A DNA stretch of 64,000 nt from an uncultured bacterium (GCA_963704645.1 OY969926.1:704001-768000), one strand, 5' to 3'. Positions 1-10,757 are shown, numbered from the stretch's first letter. The notes: a model not told the origin generated them from the letters alone. Numbers and translations are program-made.

Positions 1-1022
1 TCTTTTGAAATAGGGCCTAAGTTTTCATCATCTTCAAAATATTTAGTGTTTTCTACTGGAGCTGAACTTCTTTTTACAGTTTTATTAAATTCATCAAAAG
101 TTATAGCTTTGGCGGTACAATCAATTTGCACAGCAAAGCCAGGTCCGAAAGGTGCAGTTTTATATCTTAAAAATAAACTAGGCTGTTTCTCATAAGTATA
201 GCCCTCAGTAGATTTGCCACCATAAAGTATGTTTTTCTTTACTTTGCTCTGCAAATCACAACTATCTATAAGAATAACATCATTTTCCCCATCCGCAACA
301 AGAGGTTTAATCTCATTTTTAACTTCAACGCTAACCTGCTCAATTTTCTTAACAGAAACAAACTCGTAGTCTACCTTCTTACTGCCAGATTCACCTAATA
401 GCTTTACTTCTTGAGGCCTGTAAACCGATTCTCCAGTAATTTTAAATTGAAGTTTAAATTCTTCACCTTTTCCGCCTACAAGACTGATAGCCTTAAATAC
501 TTCATCACTTTCAGCAACATTTTTTAATAGGTATATTTTTTTGTCATATCCTTCAAAGAAGAAGCTGTACTTACCTCCATCAACAATGACGAAACCATCA
601 AATCTATAAATATCTAAACCTGTAGACTCCTCTTTTTTAACCTCTTCGCCAACAACCTCTTCCAAAGGTACAGCCGAATTTATTTTGGTTTCTGGTTTTT
701 TAGTAAGCCCAATAACATTAGAAGGTTTATATTCTTCTGGAGCAAATAACTGAGCAGCAGCTACAGAAACTGTACTTAGTGCTAGCAACATAATTAAAGT
801 TGCTGTTATCGAATGTTTGGTAATTGTATTTACAAAGTTTTTGTAAGATTCTTGAAAGGACATAATTGGGTTATTTTGGTAACTGGGTAGGAGTTTTAGG
901 TAGTTTTTAAATTCTAGTAGTTGCGAATTTTTGGAGTTTGAATAAAAAGTATCTTCTTTGAACCAACTGTTTAGGTTTTCTTCCTGCTCAAATGGGTTTT
1001 GAATATTTAATGTATTTGCCAT
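1..1022 (-). CDS. Putative anti-sigma factor / membrane-anchored protein, truncated by window edge
   Basis: Not in ORF track. Translated by hand from ATG 1022: MANTLNIQNPF...ITATLIMLLALSTVSVAAAQ (one TM), open to position 1; starts 11 nt after the ECF sigma stop. Confidence 0.6.
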   Translation of the reverse strand, partial: MANTLNIQNPFEQEENLNSWFKEDTFYSNSKNSQLLEFKNYLKLLPSYQNNPIMSFQESYKNFVNTITKHSITATLIMLLALSTVSVAAAQLFAPEEYKPSNVIGLTKKPETKINSAVPLEEVVGEEVKKEESTGLDIYRFDGFVIVDGGKYSFFFEGYDKKIYLLKNVAESDEVFKAISLVGGKGEEFKLQFKITGESVYRPQEVKLLGESGSKKVDYEFVSVKKIEQVSVEVKNEIKPLVADGENDVILIDSCDLQSKVKKNILYGGKSTEGYTYEKQPSLFLRYKTAPFGPGFAVQIDCTAKAITFDEFNKTVKRSSAPVENTKYFEDDENLGPISK

Positions 1023-1033
1023 ATTTATATTAT

Positions 1034-1576
1034 TTAACTTTGCCATACAGCTTTGCATTTATCTTTTAGTTTAGTTACAGATCTGCTTAATCTTTTTCTA
1101 ACATTTTCCGCTGTTAAACTAAGTATCTGGGCTACTTCAGGTGATTTTCTATCTTCAACTAAACTTAAATTAACAATATTGAAATCTACTCCGTTAAGGT
1201 TCTGCTTAATACAGTGAAGTAAGTTTTCAATTCTATGATTATAGTAAGAAGATTTTTCTAGTTCGGCTTTTTCATCTACTAGTTCAAAGTTATCATCCAA
1301 GCCTACAGTAATAATTTGTTTAGTTTTATTGTTAATAAATGCTACCAGTTGGTTATGGGCTATTTTCCATAAATAAGCGTTTTTGTTTAAAATTCTTACA
1401 CTTTTTTCTTCGTCTAAAATAATTTCTAAAAATTGAAATAAAACCAAACTGGTTAAATCTTCAACATCTAATCTGTTATCTATTCGGCGAAAGAAATAGC
1501 CGTAAACTTTTGGGTAGTAAAATTCCCATTCTGAGTTAATATTTGTATAAGACATGAAAAACTTGCAAGTGTTCAA
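1034..1576 (-). CDS. ECF (sigma-70 group 4) sigma factor
   Basis: Region 2 (DVEDLTSLVLFQ, AYLWKIAHN) and region 4 HTH (SPEVAQILSLTAENVRKRLSR). Confidence 0.85.
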   Translation of the reverse strand: MNTCKFFMSYTNINSEWEFYYPKVYGYFFRRIDNRLDVEDLTSLVLFQFLEIILDEEKSVRILNKNAYLWKIAHNQLVAFINNKTKQIITVGLDDNFELVDEKAELEKSSYYNHRIENLLHCIKQNLNGVDFNIVNLSLVEDRKSPEVAQILSLTAENVRKRLSRSVTKLKDKCKAVWQS

Positions 1577-1883
1577 TTAAGTAGTGTGTAAAAATTTCCA
1601 AACTGTGACAAAATTGTAACGTCTAAATATTTTTAAGTATTCTACTTGGTTATTTAGGTTTGAGCAATTTGTAGGCTTCTCCCAATAGTATTTTCAAGTA
1701 AAAGTTATAATTTTATTAGGAAAAATTTGGCTTACCCTTATTGATTTATTCTCAGAAAACAATATTATATTCAGAGAGATGCTTTGACTTTTAAAGAGTT
1801 TTATGCTTATTTAAGGGGTAAGGTTATATTTTAAACATTTATAACTTTACGCACATTGATTAATTAATTCAAGAGAAATAACA

Positions 1884-2294
1884 ATGAAAAATTTAGGAAT
1901 TGCGGCTTCTTTACCCCTTCTATTATTTTTTTCAATCGGTACTATTCCATCTGTCTCAGCACAGCAGGGTGTTACAAGTTTTAGTGCAACTCAGTTTACA
2001 CCAAGTGAACTTGGTAATCGACAGTTTAGTGGAGAGGTAACTAATACTGGTTTAGTTAGACAGGTAGTAGTTAAGCCGCTCTACCAAAATGGTGTACTTC
2101 GTGGAGTGGAAGCAAGGCTAAATGGTGCGGTTTTCCAAAGTGGAGTATCAACCTTTAGCGGAAGTGCAAATTTTCCTAACTCGACTTTTACAGGCTCAAC
2201 TTCAGTGCCACAGGGCAATCAGTTCAGTGTTACAGGCGACCCTAATATGGGGCTAATTCTAAGGAGTTTTCCTGGAGTCGGTGGATTAGAGTAA
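1884..2294 (+). CDS. Secreted hypothetical protein
   Basis: Signal peptide ending VSA-Q; Gly/Ser/Phe-rich body; own promoter motif at 1784-1812 and terminator at ~2303-2349. Confidence 0.6.
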   Translation: MKNLGIAASLPLLLFFSIGTIPSVSAQQGVTSFSATQFTPSELGNRQFSGEVTNTGLVRQVVVKPLYQNGVLRGVEARLNGAVFQSGVSTFSGSANFPNSTFTGSTSVPQGNQFSVTGDPNMGLILRSFPGVGGLE

Positions 2295-2436
2295 AACTCA
2301 AAGCAACTTGTACTAACTTTATTTCTTAAGTTAGCGAGTTGTTTTTTTTATTGTGGTAATTCTTGCTAGTGTACTAGTTTAATTTGTTCAATAAACTATA
2401 GACAATTTATAGCTTTAGTGTAATATATTATTTACT

Positions 2437-3297
2437 ATGGCCACCACCACTTTTACCCCTTCAGCTAGTAGTTTTTTTAAAGCTGTTTTTCGTAATGTTA
2501 CAGCTGTTGTAATTGTTATTTTAAGTATTATAATTTTACTAGATTCTGTAAGGGTTAATTCTCCAACTCAGGTCTCTGTTGTTACTACTCTTGGTAATAT
2601 AACTGGAGTTCAAAAATCTGGTTTGTACCTTAAATTCCCTATTATTTCAAGAACAGTAGGTTACGACACAACTGTGCAATCTATAGAATGTATTGATGCT
2701 GTGGGTAAAAATAATTGTACAACTTTGGATGGTGGAACAAAAGATTTGCAGTCAGTTAGAGTTGCAGTCCAAGTAAGTTATAGAATTGATGAAACTAAAA
2801 TTGAAGAATTGTATAAATTGGTTCAAGACCAAAGTACCTTTGACAATGTAATTGTTCCTGCTACAGTTCAAGAAGCTTTAAAAGTTTCTGCAGCAAAGTA
2901 CACTGGGGAAGAGTTGGTAACTAAGCGTCAATTAGTTAAGCAAGATATTGAAACAGAATTACAAACAAGATTAAATCAATTCTACTTAAAAGTTGTAGCT
3001 GTAAATATTGTTAACTTCGAATTTAGCCAATCTTTTCAAGATGAAATAGACAAAAAAGTTGCCACTCAACAACAGGTTCTACAAAAAACAGAAGAGCTAA
3101 AAAGAGTTGAAGCTGAGGCTAAAATTAAAATTACAACAGCCACCGCTGATGCTGAAGCAACAAGAATTCAAGGTTCAGCTTTGAAAGAAAATCCACAAAT
3201 TTTAGAGTTGGAAAAAATTAAAAAGTGGGATGGAAAACTACCTTCTGTAGTTAGCAGTTCTGATCCAATAATTTCCTTACCTGCCCAAAATAAGTAA
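2437..3297 (+). CDS. SPFH/prohibitin (band 7) family protein
   Basis: N-terminal TM, GLYLKFP, TKDLQSV, C-terminal coiled coil and KWDGKLP. Confidence 0.9.
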   Translation: MATTTFTPSASSFFKAVFRNVTAVVIVILSIIILLDSVRVNSPTQVSVVTTLGNITGVQKSGLYLKFPIISRTVGYDTTVQSIECIDAVGKNNCTTLDGGTKDLQSVRVAVQVSYRIDETKIEELYKLVQDQSTFDNVIVPATVQEALKVSAAKYTGEELVTKRQLVKQDIETELQTRLNQFYLKVVAVNIVNFEFSQSFQDEIDKKVATQQQVLQKTEELKRVEAEAKIKITTATADAEATRIQGSALKENPQILELEKIKKWDGKLPSVVSSSDPIISLPAQNK

Positions 3298-3305
3298 AAT
3301 AAACT

Positions 3306-4091
3306 ATGGTTGGGTTTTATGATAGCGGAGTAGGCGGGCTTACTATTTTGCAGGAAGTTTTAAAGCTACAGCCTAGCTTTTCTTATATTTATTTAGCTGA
3401 TACAAAAGCTTTGCCATTGGGAGATAAAACTGTAGAGTTTATAAGAAATCGCGTTAAAGAAGCTTGTATAAAATTGTTTAATTCAGGTTGTGATGTTGTA
3501 GTTTTAGCTTGTAATACAGCGAGTGTTACATCAATTAGATATATTCAACAGGTTTGGTTAAAAGAAAATTATCCTAATAAGCAGGTTTTAAGTATAACTA
3601 CGCCGTTGTTAGAATTAGTACAGGAAGAGTTATATTTACTGCAAAATAAGCCAGGTTTGTTACTGTCTACACTGGCCACTCATAATAGTGGTTTCTATCA
3701 GTACGAACTAATTAAAAAAGGTTTTGTAAATTGTCTGTCAGTTCCACTTTCTGGTCTGGCCGATGCTATTGAAAAAAGTAACGCTTTAAATGTAAAAAAT
3801 ATAGTCAGTAGCAAAACTATTAATTCAAATGTTAATGCAGAAACTATAGAATATGTTGTTTTGGCTTGTACGCATTACAAATGGGCAATAGAAGAAATTC
3901 AAAATATTTTCTCAAATGCTAAAATTGTAGAGCCAAGTGTAATTACTGCTGTAAAATTGCTAGATTATTTAAACAGACATCCAGAATATACTCTAAGTGA
4001 TTCTAAATCATCTAAGTTTATTATAACAGGAGAAGAGGGAAATTTTAAAAAGTTTTTAAACGAGCTTCAATTAAGCAGTGTTTGTCCGTAA
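3306..4091 (+). CDS. murI: Glutamate racemase
   Basis: DSGVGG, ACNTAS and LACTHY motifs. Confidence 0.93.
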   Translation: MVGFYDSGVGGLTILQEVLKLQPSFSYIYLADTKALPLGDKTVEFIRNRVKEACIKLFNSGCDVVVLACNTASVTSIRYIQQVWLKENYPNKQVLSITTPLLELVQEELYLLQNKPGLLLSTLATHNSGFYQYELIKKGFVNCLSVPLSGLADAIEKSNALNVKNIVSSKTINSNVNAETIEYVVLACTHYKWAIEEIQNIFSNAKIVEPSVITAVKLLDYLNRHPEYTLSDSKSSKFIITGEEGNFKKFLNELQLSSVCP

Positions 4092-4167
4092 AATATTTTA
4101 ATGAGTCGAACCCAATAAATGCCATATTATAGGGTTTAATTAGCTAATTTAGCATGTAAATATACCT

Positions 4168-4243
4168 TGGTGCATCTGGAGAGATTCGAACTCCCGGTCC
4201 TTTGTTCCGAAGACAAATGCTTTATCCACTAAGCTACAGATGC
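4168..4243 (-). tRNA. tRNA-Arg(TCG)
   Basis: GCATCTG/CAGATGC acceptor stem, anticodon loop CTTCGGA, GTTCGAAT T-loop, encoded CCA. Confidence 0.93.
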
Positions 4244-4332
4244 CTGCAATTTAATTCAGGTTTGTGCTTATTTTATTGTCAAAGTGGCAACTTTTGTGCC
4301 ATCAAATCAGGAGTAAGTATATTGTAACACTA

Positions 4333-4363
4333 AACTGTCACCCTGAACTTGTTTCAGGGTCTA
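4333..4363 (+). repeat. Palindromic REP/MITE-like element, TGTC family, copy 1
   Basis: AACTGTCACCCTGAACTTGTTTCAGGGTCTA, identical to 12353-12383. Confidence 0.85.
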
Positions 4364-4533
4364 TGCGGATGAATACAATAGAACAAAAAGTTTTTTTCAT
4401 TTTTGTGTGGGTGTGTCGAAGAGGGATAATCACGAAATCATAGTTATACAAACAGTGGGCCAAATCCAAGCTTGCATCTACAAACAAAATTCCAGAATTG
4501 TAAGTTGGATTGGTTTTATGATAAACTTGCCAT

Positions 4534-4938
4534 CTAAATGGAGGTTTGAAGCAAAATTATGAAATATGGGTAAAATTGCAAACTTAAAATTAGTAAACAA
4601 TAAAAAGCAGATATTAAAATTAAATTTCTAGTCCATCTGTATTTAGACGAAATAAAGAAATTTATACAATAAAATATAAAGAAACCTATTCCAGTTATTA
4701 ATAATATTGTGGGGTAAGGCAAAGCCGTTTCCAATCTATTAGCTAAAATTGGATCTTGATTAATATATTTAGGATTACTTAAAAACCAAATACAAAGTAT
4801 AGAAAGAGTTGCAAACCATCCCCAAACTAATATCCAAGGAGTTAGTAAAAAACCTATACCAAAGCGTTTTAAACTAGCTTGATTTAAGTTTTGCTTCCAG
4901 TAAGTTTGAACAGACTTAAGATATTGATTTTCGTCCAT
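4534..4938 (-). CDS. Hypothetical membrane protein
   Basis: Three hydrophobic segments; directly downstream of clpP. Confidence 0.6.
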   Translation of the reverse strand: MDENQYLKSVQTYWKQNLNQASLKRFGIGFLLTPWILVWGWFATLSILCIWFLSNPKYINQDPILANRLETALPYPTILLITGIGFFIFYCINFFISSKYRWTRNLILISAFYCLLILSLQFYPYFIILLQTSI

Positions 4939-4950
4939 GATGATTCTAAT

Positions 4951-5589
4951 CTAAGCTTTTTCAGTTCCAATAATTTTATCTACAATACCGTATTCCACAG
5001 CTTCTTTTGCGTCCATATAATAATCTCTGTCCATATCTTTTTCTAGCTTTTCTACAGTTTGACCAGTTTTTTCTGCCATAAATTTATGGCCTAAATCCTT
5101 AGTTTTTAATATATTTTTTGCTCTAATTGAAATATCGCTGGCCTGTCCTTCAGCACCTCCAAGTGGTTGGTGAATCATAACTTCTGCATGAGGTAAAATT
5201 AATCTTTTTCCTTTGGCTCCGTTGGCTAAAATCAAACTACCTGCCGAAGCTGCCATTCCAATACAAATTGTAGAAACGTCTGGTTTAATTAAATTCATTG
5301 TATCAATAATTGACCACATTGAAGTTACGCTTCCACCAGGGGTATTAATGTACATTGTAATGTCTTTAGTTGAATCTTCGCTTTGTAAATAAAGTAACTG
5401 TGCAACCACAATACTCGCCATTGCGTAATCAATTGGTTCTGTTACCATGATAATTCTTTCGTCTAACAATCTGGAAAACAAATCCATACTTCTTTCTCCA
5501 TCTGTGCTTCTTTTAATTACCATCGGCACTAAAGAGCTGGTGATATTGTTTTTAGAAATAGATGATATTTCTAGGTTATTAATGTTCAT
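4951..5589 (-). CDS. clpP: ATP-dependent Clp protease proteolytic subunit
   Basis: DLFSRLL, YINTPGG, GMAASAG, MIHQP, DRD motifs. Confidence 0.96.
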   Translation of the reverse strand: MNINNLEISSISKNNITSSLVPMVIKRSTDGERSMDLFSRLLDERIIMVTEPIDYAMASIVVAQLLYLQSEDSTKDITMYINTPGGSVTSMWSIIDTMNLIKPDVSTICIGMAASAGSLILANGAKGKRLILPHAEVMIHQPLGGAEGQASDISIRAKNILKTKDLGHKFMAEKTGQTVEKLEKDMDRDYYMDAKEAVEYGIVDKIIGTEKA

Positions 5590-5719
5590 AATAAGTGTTA
5601 ATTAATTTAATTTAAATTTATTTTTTAAGGTTTTTATAACCCATTAAAACCAACCTAAAAGCCATACTTTATTTTGTCAAGCACTTGACAAGGTTGCCAA
5701 CTTGGCCAATAAATAAGGT

Positions 5720-6223
5720 GTGAAAAATATTGTAATTTACCCAAATCCAATACTAGATAAAAAAGCTGAAAAAGTTACTTTTCCCTTAAATGAAGAGACA
5801 AAACAAGACATAAAAGATATGTGGGAAGTTGTAAAAGCAGATGGTGTAGGGTTGGCAGCGCCACAAATTGGAGTGTCAAAACAAATTTGTATTATCCATC
5901 TTTCCGAAGTTGAAAAAGGTAAAAATGCTCAGGACATTTTGTTAATTAATCCAAAAATTGTTTTTTTCAGTCAGTTAGAAGCCTTAATGATTGAAGGTTG
6001 CCTAAGTTTTCCAGAACAATTTTACGAAATATGGCGACCTGCCAATGTGCACGTAGAATATTATAACGAATTAGGCCAAAAAAAGTTGTTAAAAGCCAAA
6101 GATCTAATTTCAAGGGTGGCTCAACATGAAGTTGACCATCTACAAGGCAATTTGTTTATTCACAAAGGAGGTAGAAAAGTAGAAGAAAGTGAATTTACAG
6201 ATGACACAGTTATTGCCGAATAA
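5720..6223 (+). CDS. def: Peptide deformylase
   Basis: GVGLAAPQIG, EGCLS, QHEVDHL. Confidence 0.96.
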   Translation: MKNIVIYPNPILDKKAEKVTFPLNEETKQDIKDMWEVVKADGVGLAAPQIGVSKQICIIHLSEVEKGKNAQDILLINPKIVFFSQLEALMIEGCLSFPEQFYEIWRPANVHVEYYNELGQKKLLKAKDLISRVAQHEVDHLQGNLFIHKGGRKVEESEFTDDTVIAE

Positions 6224-6250
6224 GACCTCCATATTTCAACATTATTCCAA

Positions 6251-7054
6251 ATGCCCAGAAAAAGTATTTCCGATCCAGAAACAAATTTAACTACCAGACA
6301 AAAAAACTTGTTGTTTGCAGTTATAAAAGAATATTGCGATAATAACGAAAGTATTGGCTCTAAGGAATTGAAAGAAAAATATGGGTTTAATTTTTCTTCA
6401 GCCACAATTAGAAACGAATTAGTAGAACTGCGTGATCTTGGCTACTTGTTTCAACCTTATACTAATTCAAGCAGTAAGCCAACCGAAAAAGCTTTTAAAC
6501 TGTTTGTAGGTCAGCTAATTTTGGGTCTGCAAGTAACATCAAGGCAACAAAAAGAGTTACAAATTCAGCTTCATGAAATGGAGAAAAAAGAAGCTAAACT
6601 TAGTAAAGAAATTTCCAGGCTGTTAGCTGTAACAACTGGTGGAGTTGGTTTTGTGGTTAATAAAGATGCAGAAAATATTACTGGCATTGGCAATTTATTA
6701 AATGCTTCAAGTGAAGGTAAGGTTTCAGAAATTTTAAACTTTTTAGACAACCTAGATAATTACAAAGGTTTTTTGTTGGAAGGTGGTGCAAGTTCTGGTC
6801 AGGAAAACCAAACAGCTAATATTAAAACTGTCTTTGGTGGCGAGAACCCAATTTTGCCTTTGGGTAAAGGTTACGCTATGGTGGCCACAGAAGTTTATAT
6901 GGAAGACGGCCAAAAATCTGTAGTAGGTTTGGTAACACCAGTGCATTTCTTAGCTAAGGAAAAAAACCTAGAACTTTTGAATGCTCTTAATAAAATGTTA
7001 GGCAAGCCGGAATCAAAACTAGATAATGGTTCTAGATCTATTGGAAAGAGATAA
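6251..7054 (+). CDS. hrcA: Heat-inducible transcription repressor (short form)
   Basis: N-terminal wHTH LTTRQ...IGSKEL...SSATIRNEL...QPYTNSS..PT; shorter than the usual ~340 aa. Confidence 0.82.
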   Translation: MPRKSISDPETNLTTRQKNLLFAVIKEYCDNNESIGSKELKEKYGFNFSSATIRNELVELRDLGYLFQPYTNSSSKPTEKAFKLFVGQLILGLQVTSRQQKELQIQLHEMEKKEAKLSKEISRLLAVTTGGVGFVVNKDAENITGIGNLLNASSEGKVSEILNFLDNLDNYKGFLLEGGASSGQENQTANIKTVFGGENPILPLGKGYAMVATEVYMEDGQKSVVGLVTPVHFLAKEKNLELLNALNKMLGKPESKLDNGSRSIGKR

Positions 7055-7079
7055 ATGTAAATTAAATAAGAACAATTAA

Positions 7080-7559
7080 ATGACTATAGTACTTTGGAAT
7101 ATTCGCTCAGCTTGGAATGTTGGCTCTATTATACGAAGTTGCGACGCTGTTGGTGCAGATTTAATTTTGGTTGGATATACTCCTAGACCAGAAGGTTTAA
7201 CCTTAAAAGCCGTGGTTAAAACTGCAATTGGAGCTGAAAAAAATGTTAAGTGGCAAGCCTTCGAACATTACCAAGAAGTTTTACAAGCACTACCAAGCCA
7301 TCAACATTGGGGAATTGAAATTAACGAAAAAAGCCAAGACATTTTAGATTTTTTAGAAAACCCATCTAACAAAGCTAGCTGGAATAATACTTGCTTATGG
7401 TTTGGTAACGAAATTAGCGGGTTAACAGAAGAAGTAGGGCAACATTTACACGGACAACTACACTTACCAATGTTCGGCAAAAAAGAGAGCTTAAATGTGG
7501 CTAATACAGTTACTTCTACAGCTTACTTGTGGATGTGGGGGAGTAGAGGGGAGAAATAG
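7080..7559 (+). CDS. TrmH/SpoU family RNA methyltransferase
   Basis: NIRSAWNVGSIIR, FGNEISGL, LPMFGKKESLNV. Confidence 0.9.
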   Translation: MTIVLWNIRSAWNVGSIIRSCDAVGADLILVGYTPRPEGLTLKAVVKTAIGAEKNVKWQAFEHYQEVLQALPSHQHWGIEINEKSQDILDFLENPSNKASWNNTCLWFGNEISGLTEEVGQHLHGQLHLPMFGKKESLNVANTVTSTAYLWMWGSRGEK

Positions 7560-7607
7560 GCTATATATCCAAATCGAAATAATCTTAGAATTGATTGTTA
7601 CTGAAAA

Positions 7608-8375
7608 CTAAATTGATTTACGTCTGTTAATTTCAGCGACAGAGTTTTGTATACTGAGAATGTGATTTTGATTGTATAAATCTCCCAAAACTACTTCTAA
7701 TATTTTATATATATTTAAAACCTGTTCTCTTGATATTTTGGTATCCCTATGACTTCCACTATTTCCAGCCCATTTTATAGCTTCTAGTTTTTCTCCTGTT
7801 TTAACGTCTAGTTGTTTATACCTCATAATTAAACTGTGTAGGGCTTCTCTGTCATTTGTTTTCTCTATACCTATCTCAAATAAAATTTCTTCAACTAAAA
7901 CTCTTAGCTTATTAACACAAGATTGTTTGTCTACCCAGAATAAACTATATGATTCTTCTAGAACATTCATTATACTTTTGGGTGTACTATCTGGAGTATA
8001 AATGATTGATGGTGGCCTTGAGAAGTATTTAATTAAATAAAATGTTTCGTATACCCACTTCTCCTCCAACTCCTCAAAACTATATTTATCAACAACATTC
8101 TCAAAATACCCCATAACAATTGTTGAACCTGATACAATGATTTCTTCATTGCATTTTGGATTAGTACATCTAATTTTTACCGAAAAGTATCCAGTTAAAC
8201 TTTCAGGCTCTCCAACTTCTTCGTATATTGCCTGACTTTCTTTTGTGTTAAAATGTTCAATTTCACTCGATTTTGTCATTATGCATTTTCTGCAATACGG
8301 ACATGTGAAATTTTCTATATCTGTTTCTGAAAGGGTTTCATTCTTAAACAAATTTAAATTATATGGTAGGTGCAT
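7608..8375 (-). CDS. DUF4145-like domain protein
   Basis: N-terminal CPYC / CTNPKC zinc ribbon; C-terminal LRVLVEEI...IKWAGNSGSH. Confidence 0.7.
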   Translation of the reverse strand: MHLPYNLNLFKNETLSETDIENFTCPYCRKCIMTKSSEIEHFNTKESQAIYEEVGEPESLTGYFSVKIRCTNPKCNEEIIVSGSTIVMGYFENVVDKYSFEELEEKWVYETFYLIKYFSRPPSIIYTPDSTPKSIMNVLEESYSLFWVDKQSCVNKLRVLVEEILFEIGIEKTNDREALHSLIMRYKQLDVKTGEKLEAIKWAGNSGSHRDTKISREQVLNIYKILEVVLGDLYNQNHILSIQNSVAEINRRKSI

Positions 8376-8455
8376 ATTTTTAATAATATTCTGATATTCT
8401 ATTTAGTAAAATATAAAAAAGAGGGGTTGCCCCCTCCGCTACTCAATTTTGAATC

Positions 8456-10153
8456 CTAGTATTTAGTAAATCTTTCGTAATCTATACTTGTTGCTTGGGC
8501 TTCAATTTGTTTCAAAGTTTCAATTGTTACTGAAACTAAAATTAACAAAGTTGTTCCTCCTACAATTCCGCTTAAAGTTCCATCGCCAAAGTTAATGTTT
8601 TGGGTGAACAGAATAGGTACAACCGCAATTAAAGCTAAGAATAAACTACCAGCTACGTTAATTCTGTTAGAAACGTAATCTAAATAGTCCTTGGTTTCTT
8701 GCCCTGGTTTGTAACCTGGAATATAAGCACCACTTTTTTGTAAGTTTTCAGATACATCCTCAGTTTTAAATGCAACTGTAGAAGTGAAGAAGTAAGTGAA
8801 GAATATTACAAGTAAGAAGTAGAAGAAAGTGTAAGCTAAAATACCGTTTGATCTAACTGTGTATTCAGGTAGGAAACCTAAGTTAGTGCTTGGTAATTCA
8901 AAACTAATAGGGGTTCCTTCAAAGAAAGAGTTTTTAATCTGGCTTTGGGTAGTTATTGTAAAACCAAATAATTCTTGTCCTGTTGTTGGATCGTAATTTT
9001 TAGCTGTATTAATTGCATCGGTATTCTTACTAAAGTACATGCCTAAATAGTTTCTTTCTGGTAAGCCTGATGGTCTAATTGCATCTTGCTTGTTTTGAGT
9101 AGAAAGGTAGCTTTCAACTTGACTTGCACCGGTGGCGATGCTTCCTACATTGGCTGTAGTAAAGAACCTGGAAATTATTGAAGGAAATACTATAAATGCT
9201 ACTGCAAAAATAATTGGAACTACACCAGCAATATTTACCTTAATTGGTAAGTCAGCAGTTACTTTGCCCAAAGTTCTTGAGTTACCTTCGCTGTGACCTC
9301 TTCTAGAGTAAATTACAACTAATTTTCTTACCGCATCATTTACGAATACAACAAGAAGCAAGGTTGTTGTGAATAGTACAAGCACTTCTAAAAACCCTCT
9401 TGCAGGAGCCCAAGTTGGGTTTCCCCACAAAAAGGCTTGCCAAACTTCCCAGTTGGTTGCTTTAGAGAAGTTGAACTTTTCAAATAATAACTGAAAATTA
9501 GGTTGAATAGTTGCCCAGTATTTACTTAATTGGTCTGGCAAACGCACTACTATTCCTGAAAGAATTAATAGTGAAATACCATTTCCCATTTTGTATTCTG
9601 TAATAATTTCTCCAATCCACATCATAATAACGCTTCCTGCTGTCATTGATAATATAACTAAAGCCCAATATCCAAAAGATGCTAAAGTAATGTCTGGCTG
9701 CTTTAGAACATCTGGTAAGTTAATAGATTGACCAGTAGAGCTGCTACCAGAGGCTAGGAACTGTAAAATTGCCCAACTTTGGAAAGCTGCAAGTGGAATG
9801 GTTAGCCAACGTGTCCAGCGGTTAATTTTTTGCTTACCTTGTTCGCCTTCTTCCTTTTGAATTTCGTTAATTTTAGGAACAATTACACCCAAAAGTTGCA
9901 TTACAATACTAGCTGTAATGTAAGGACCTACACCTAACATTACAAAAGATAATCTTCCGTAAGATCCTCCAGATATTGTATTTAGTAAACCAAATACTGC
10001 ATCTGAATCAATGATATTGGCTATTTCTTGAATTCCTAAAATTGGAATTGGGATGTGGGCAAGTAGTCTTGCACCAATTAATAAAAGAATAATCTTAATT
10101 AATTTGGTTCTTAGTTCTGCATCGGTGAAAACCAATAGTAGTCGTCTAAACAT
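8456..10153 (-). CDS. secY: Preprotein translocase SecY with loop insertions
   Basis: LGVGPYITASI, GNGISLLI, NIAGVVPIIFA, YIPGYKPG, GGTTLLILV. Confidence 0.95.
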   Translation of the reverse strand: MFRRLLLVFTDAELRTKLIKIILLLIGARLLAHIPIPILGIQEIANIIDSDAVFGLLNTISGGSYGRLSFVMLGVGPYITASIVMQLLGVIVPKINEIQKEEGEQGKQKINRWTRWLTIPLAAFQSWAILQFLASGSSSTGQSINLPDVLKQPDITLASFGYWALVILSMTAGSVIMMWIGEIITEYKMGNGISLLILSGIVVRLPDQLSKYWATIQPNFQLLFEKFNFSKATNWEVWQAFLWGNPTWAPARGFLEVLVLFTTTLLLVVFVNDAVRKLVVIYSRRGHSEGNSRTLGKVTADLPIKVNIAGVVPIIFAVAFIVFPSIISRFFTTANVGSIATGASQVESYLSTQNKQDAIRPSGLPERNYLGMYFSKNTDAINTAKNYDPTTGQELFGFTITTQSQIKNSFFEGTPISFELPSTNLGFLPEYTVRSNGILAYTFFYFLLVIFFTYFFTSTVAFKTEDVSENLQKSGAYIPGYKPGQETKDYLDYVSNRINVAGSLFLALIAVVPILFTQNINFGDGTLSGIVGGTTLLILVSVTIETLKQIEAQATSIDYERFTKY

Positions 10154-10495
10154 ATATATTTATTAAAGCCGAAGTGGCGATTAAATTAAGGTAAATGCTA
10201 GCTTTTAATTTCGTCAAGCAAATTTGTAATGTGCATATATTATTATTTGTGTTATCTAGTCTAGATTAACTTTATTAATACAACAAAATATACCTAATAA
10301 ATAGGCTAGTTATTTTTTGATTGAATATAAATAGTGTAACAAAACTTAGTATATTTGTATTAATTATCTTATATATTGACTTTTTATTATAAAATTTTTA
10401 TGTTTTTAAATTGTTTGAATTATAAAATATCTTTATTTTCAATGAAAATTTGCAGCTTTAAAAAACCTTGTTTAAGGTATTAAGTACAAATGTCT

Positions 10496-10594
10496 TGACA
10501 AAAACATAATTCATTTGTATACGAAGCCTAATTTAATTAAACCTACAAACTAGTTTAGCATTTTATACTAAATAAAGTAGGAGGTTTTAGTTAA
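10496..10594 (+). promoter_or_regulatory. Sigma-70 promoter and 5' hairpin of small peptide gene
   Basis: TTGACA at 10496 and TATACG -10-like box; imperfect inverted repeat TTAATTAAACCTAC...GTAGGAGGTTTTAGTTAA. Confidence 0.55.
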
Positions 10595-10611
10595 AGAATT
10601 TATTATCTATT

Positions 10612-10734
10612 ATGTTAGCTTTTTTCCCACGTTACGCCAGTTTTGAAATTGGTTCACAAAGCATCGGCTTATTAGCTGGTTCTATAATTGTTCTTGCTGG
10701 AATCTACACATTCCGCAAAGTAACAGTTAAGTAA
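10612..10734 (+). CDS. 40-aa single-TM small protein
   Basis: MLAFFPRYASFEIGSQSIGLLAGSIIVLAGIYTFRKVTVK; codons TTC/TAC/ATC/CGT as in the HU gene; flanked by promoter and terminator. Confidence 0.75.
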   Translation: MLAFFPRYASFEIGSQSIGLLAGSIIVLAGIYTFRKVTVK

Positions 10735-10757
10735 TTACATTAACTTTCCAAGTTATT

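Noticed and set aside
10612-10734. Integrated filamentous prophage around the coat-like peptide
   Set aside because: No Zot/pI ATPase, replication initiator or other phage genes nearby
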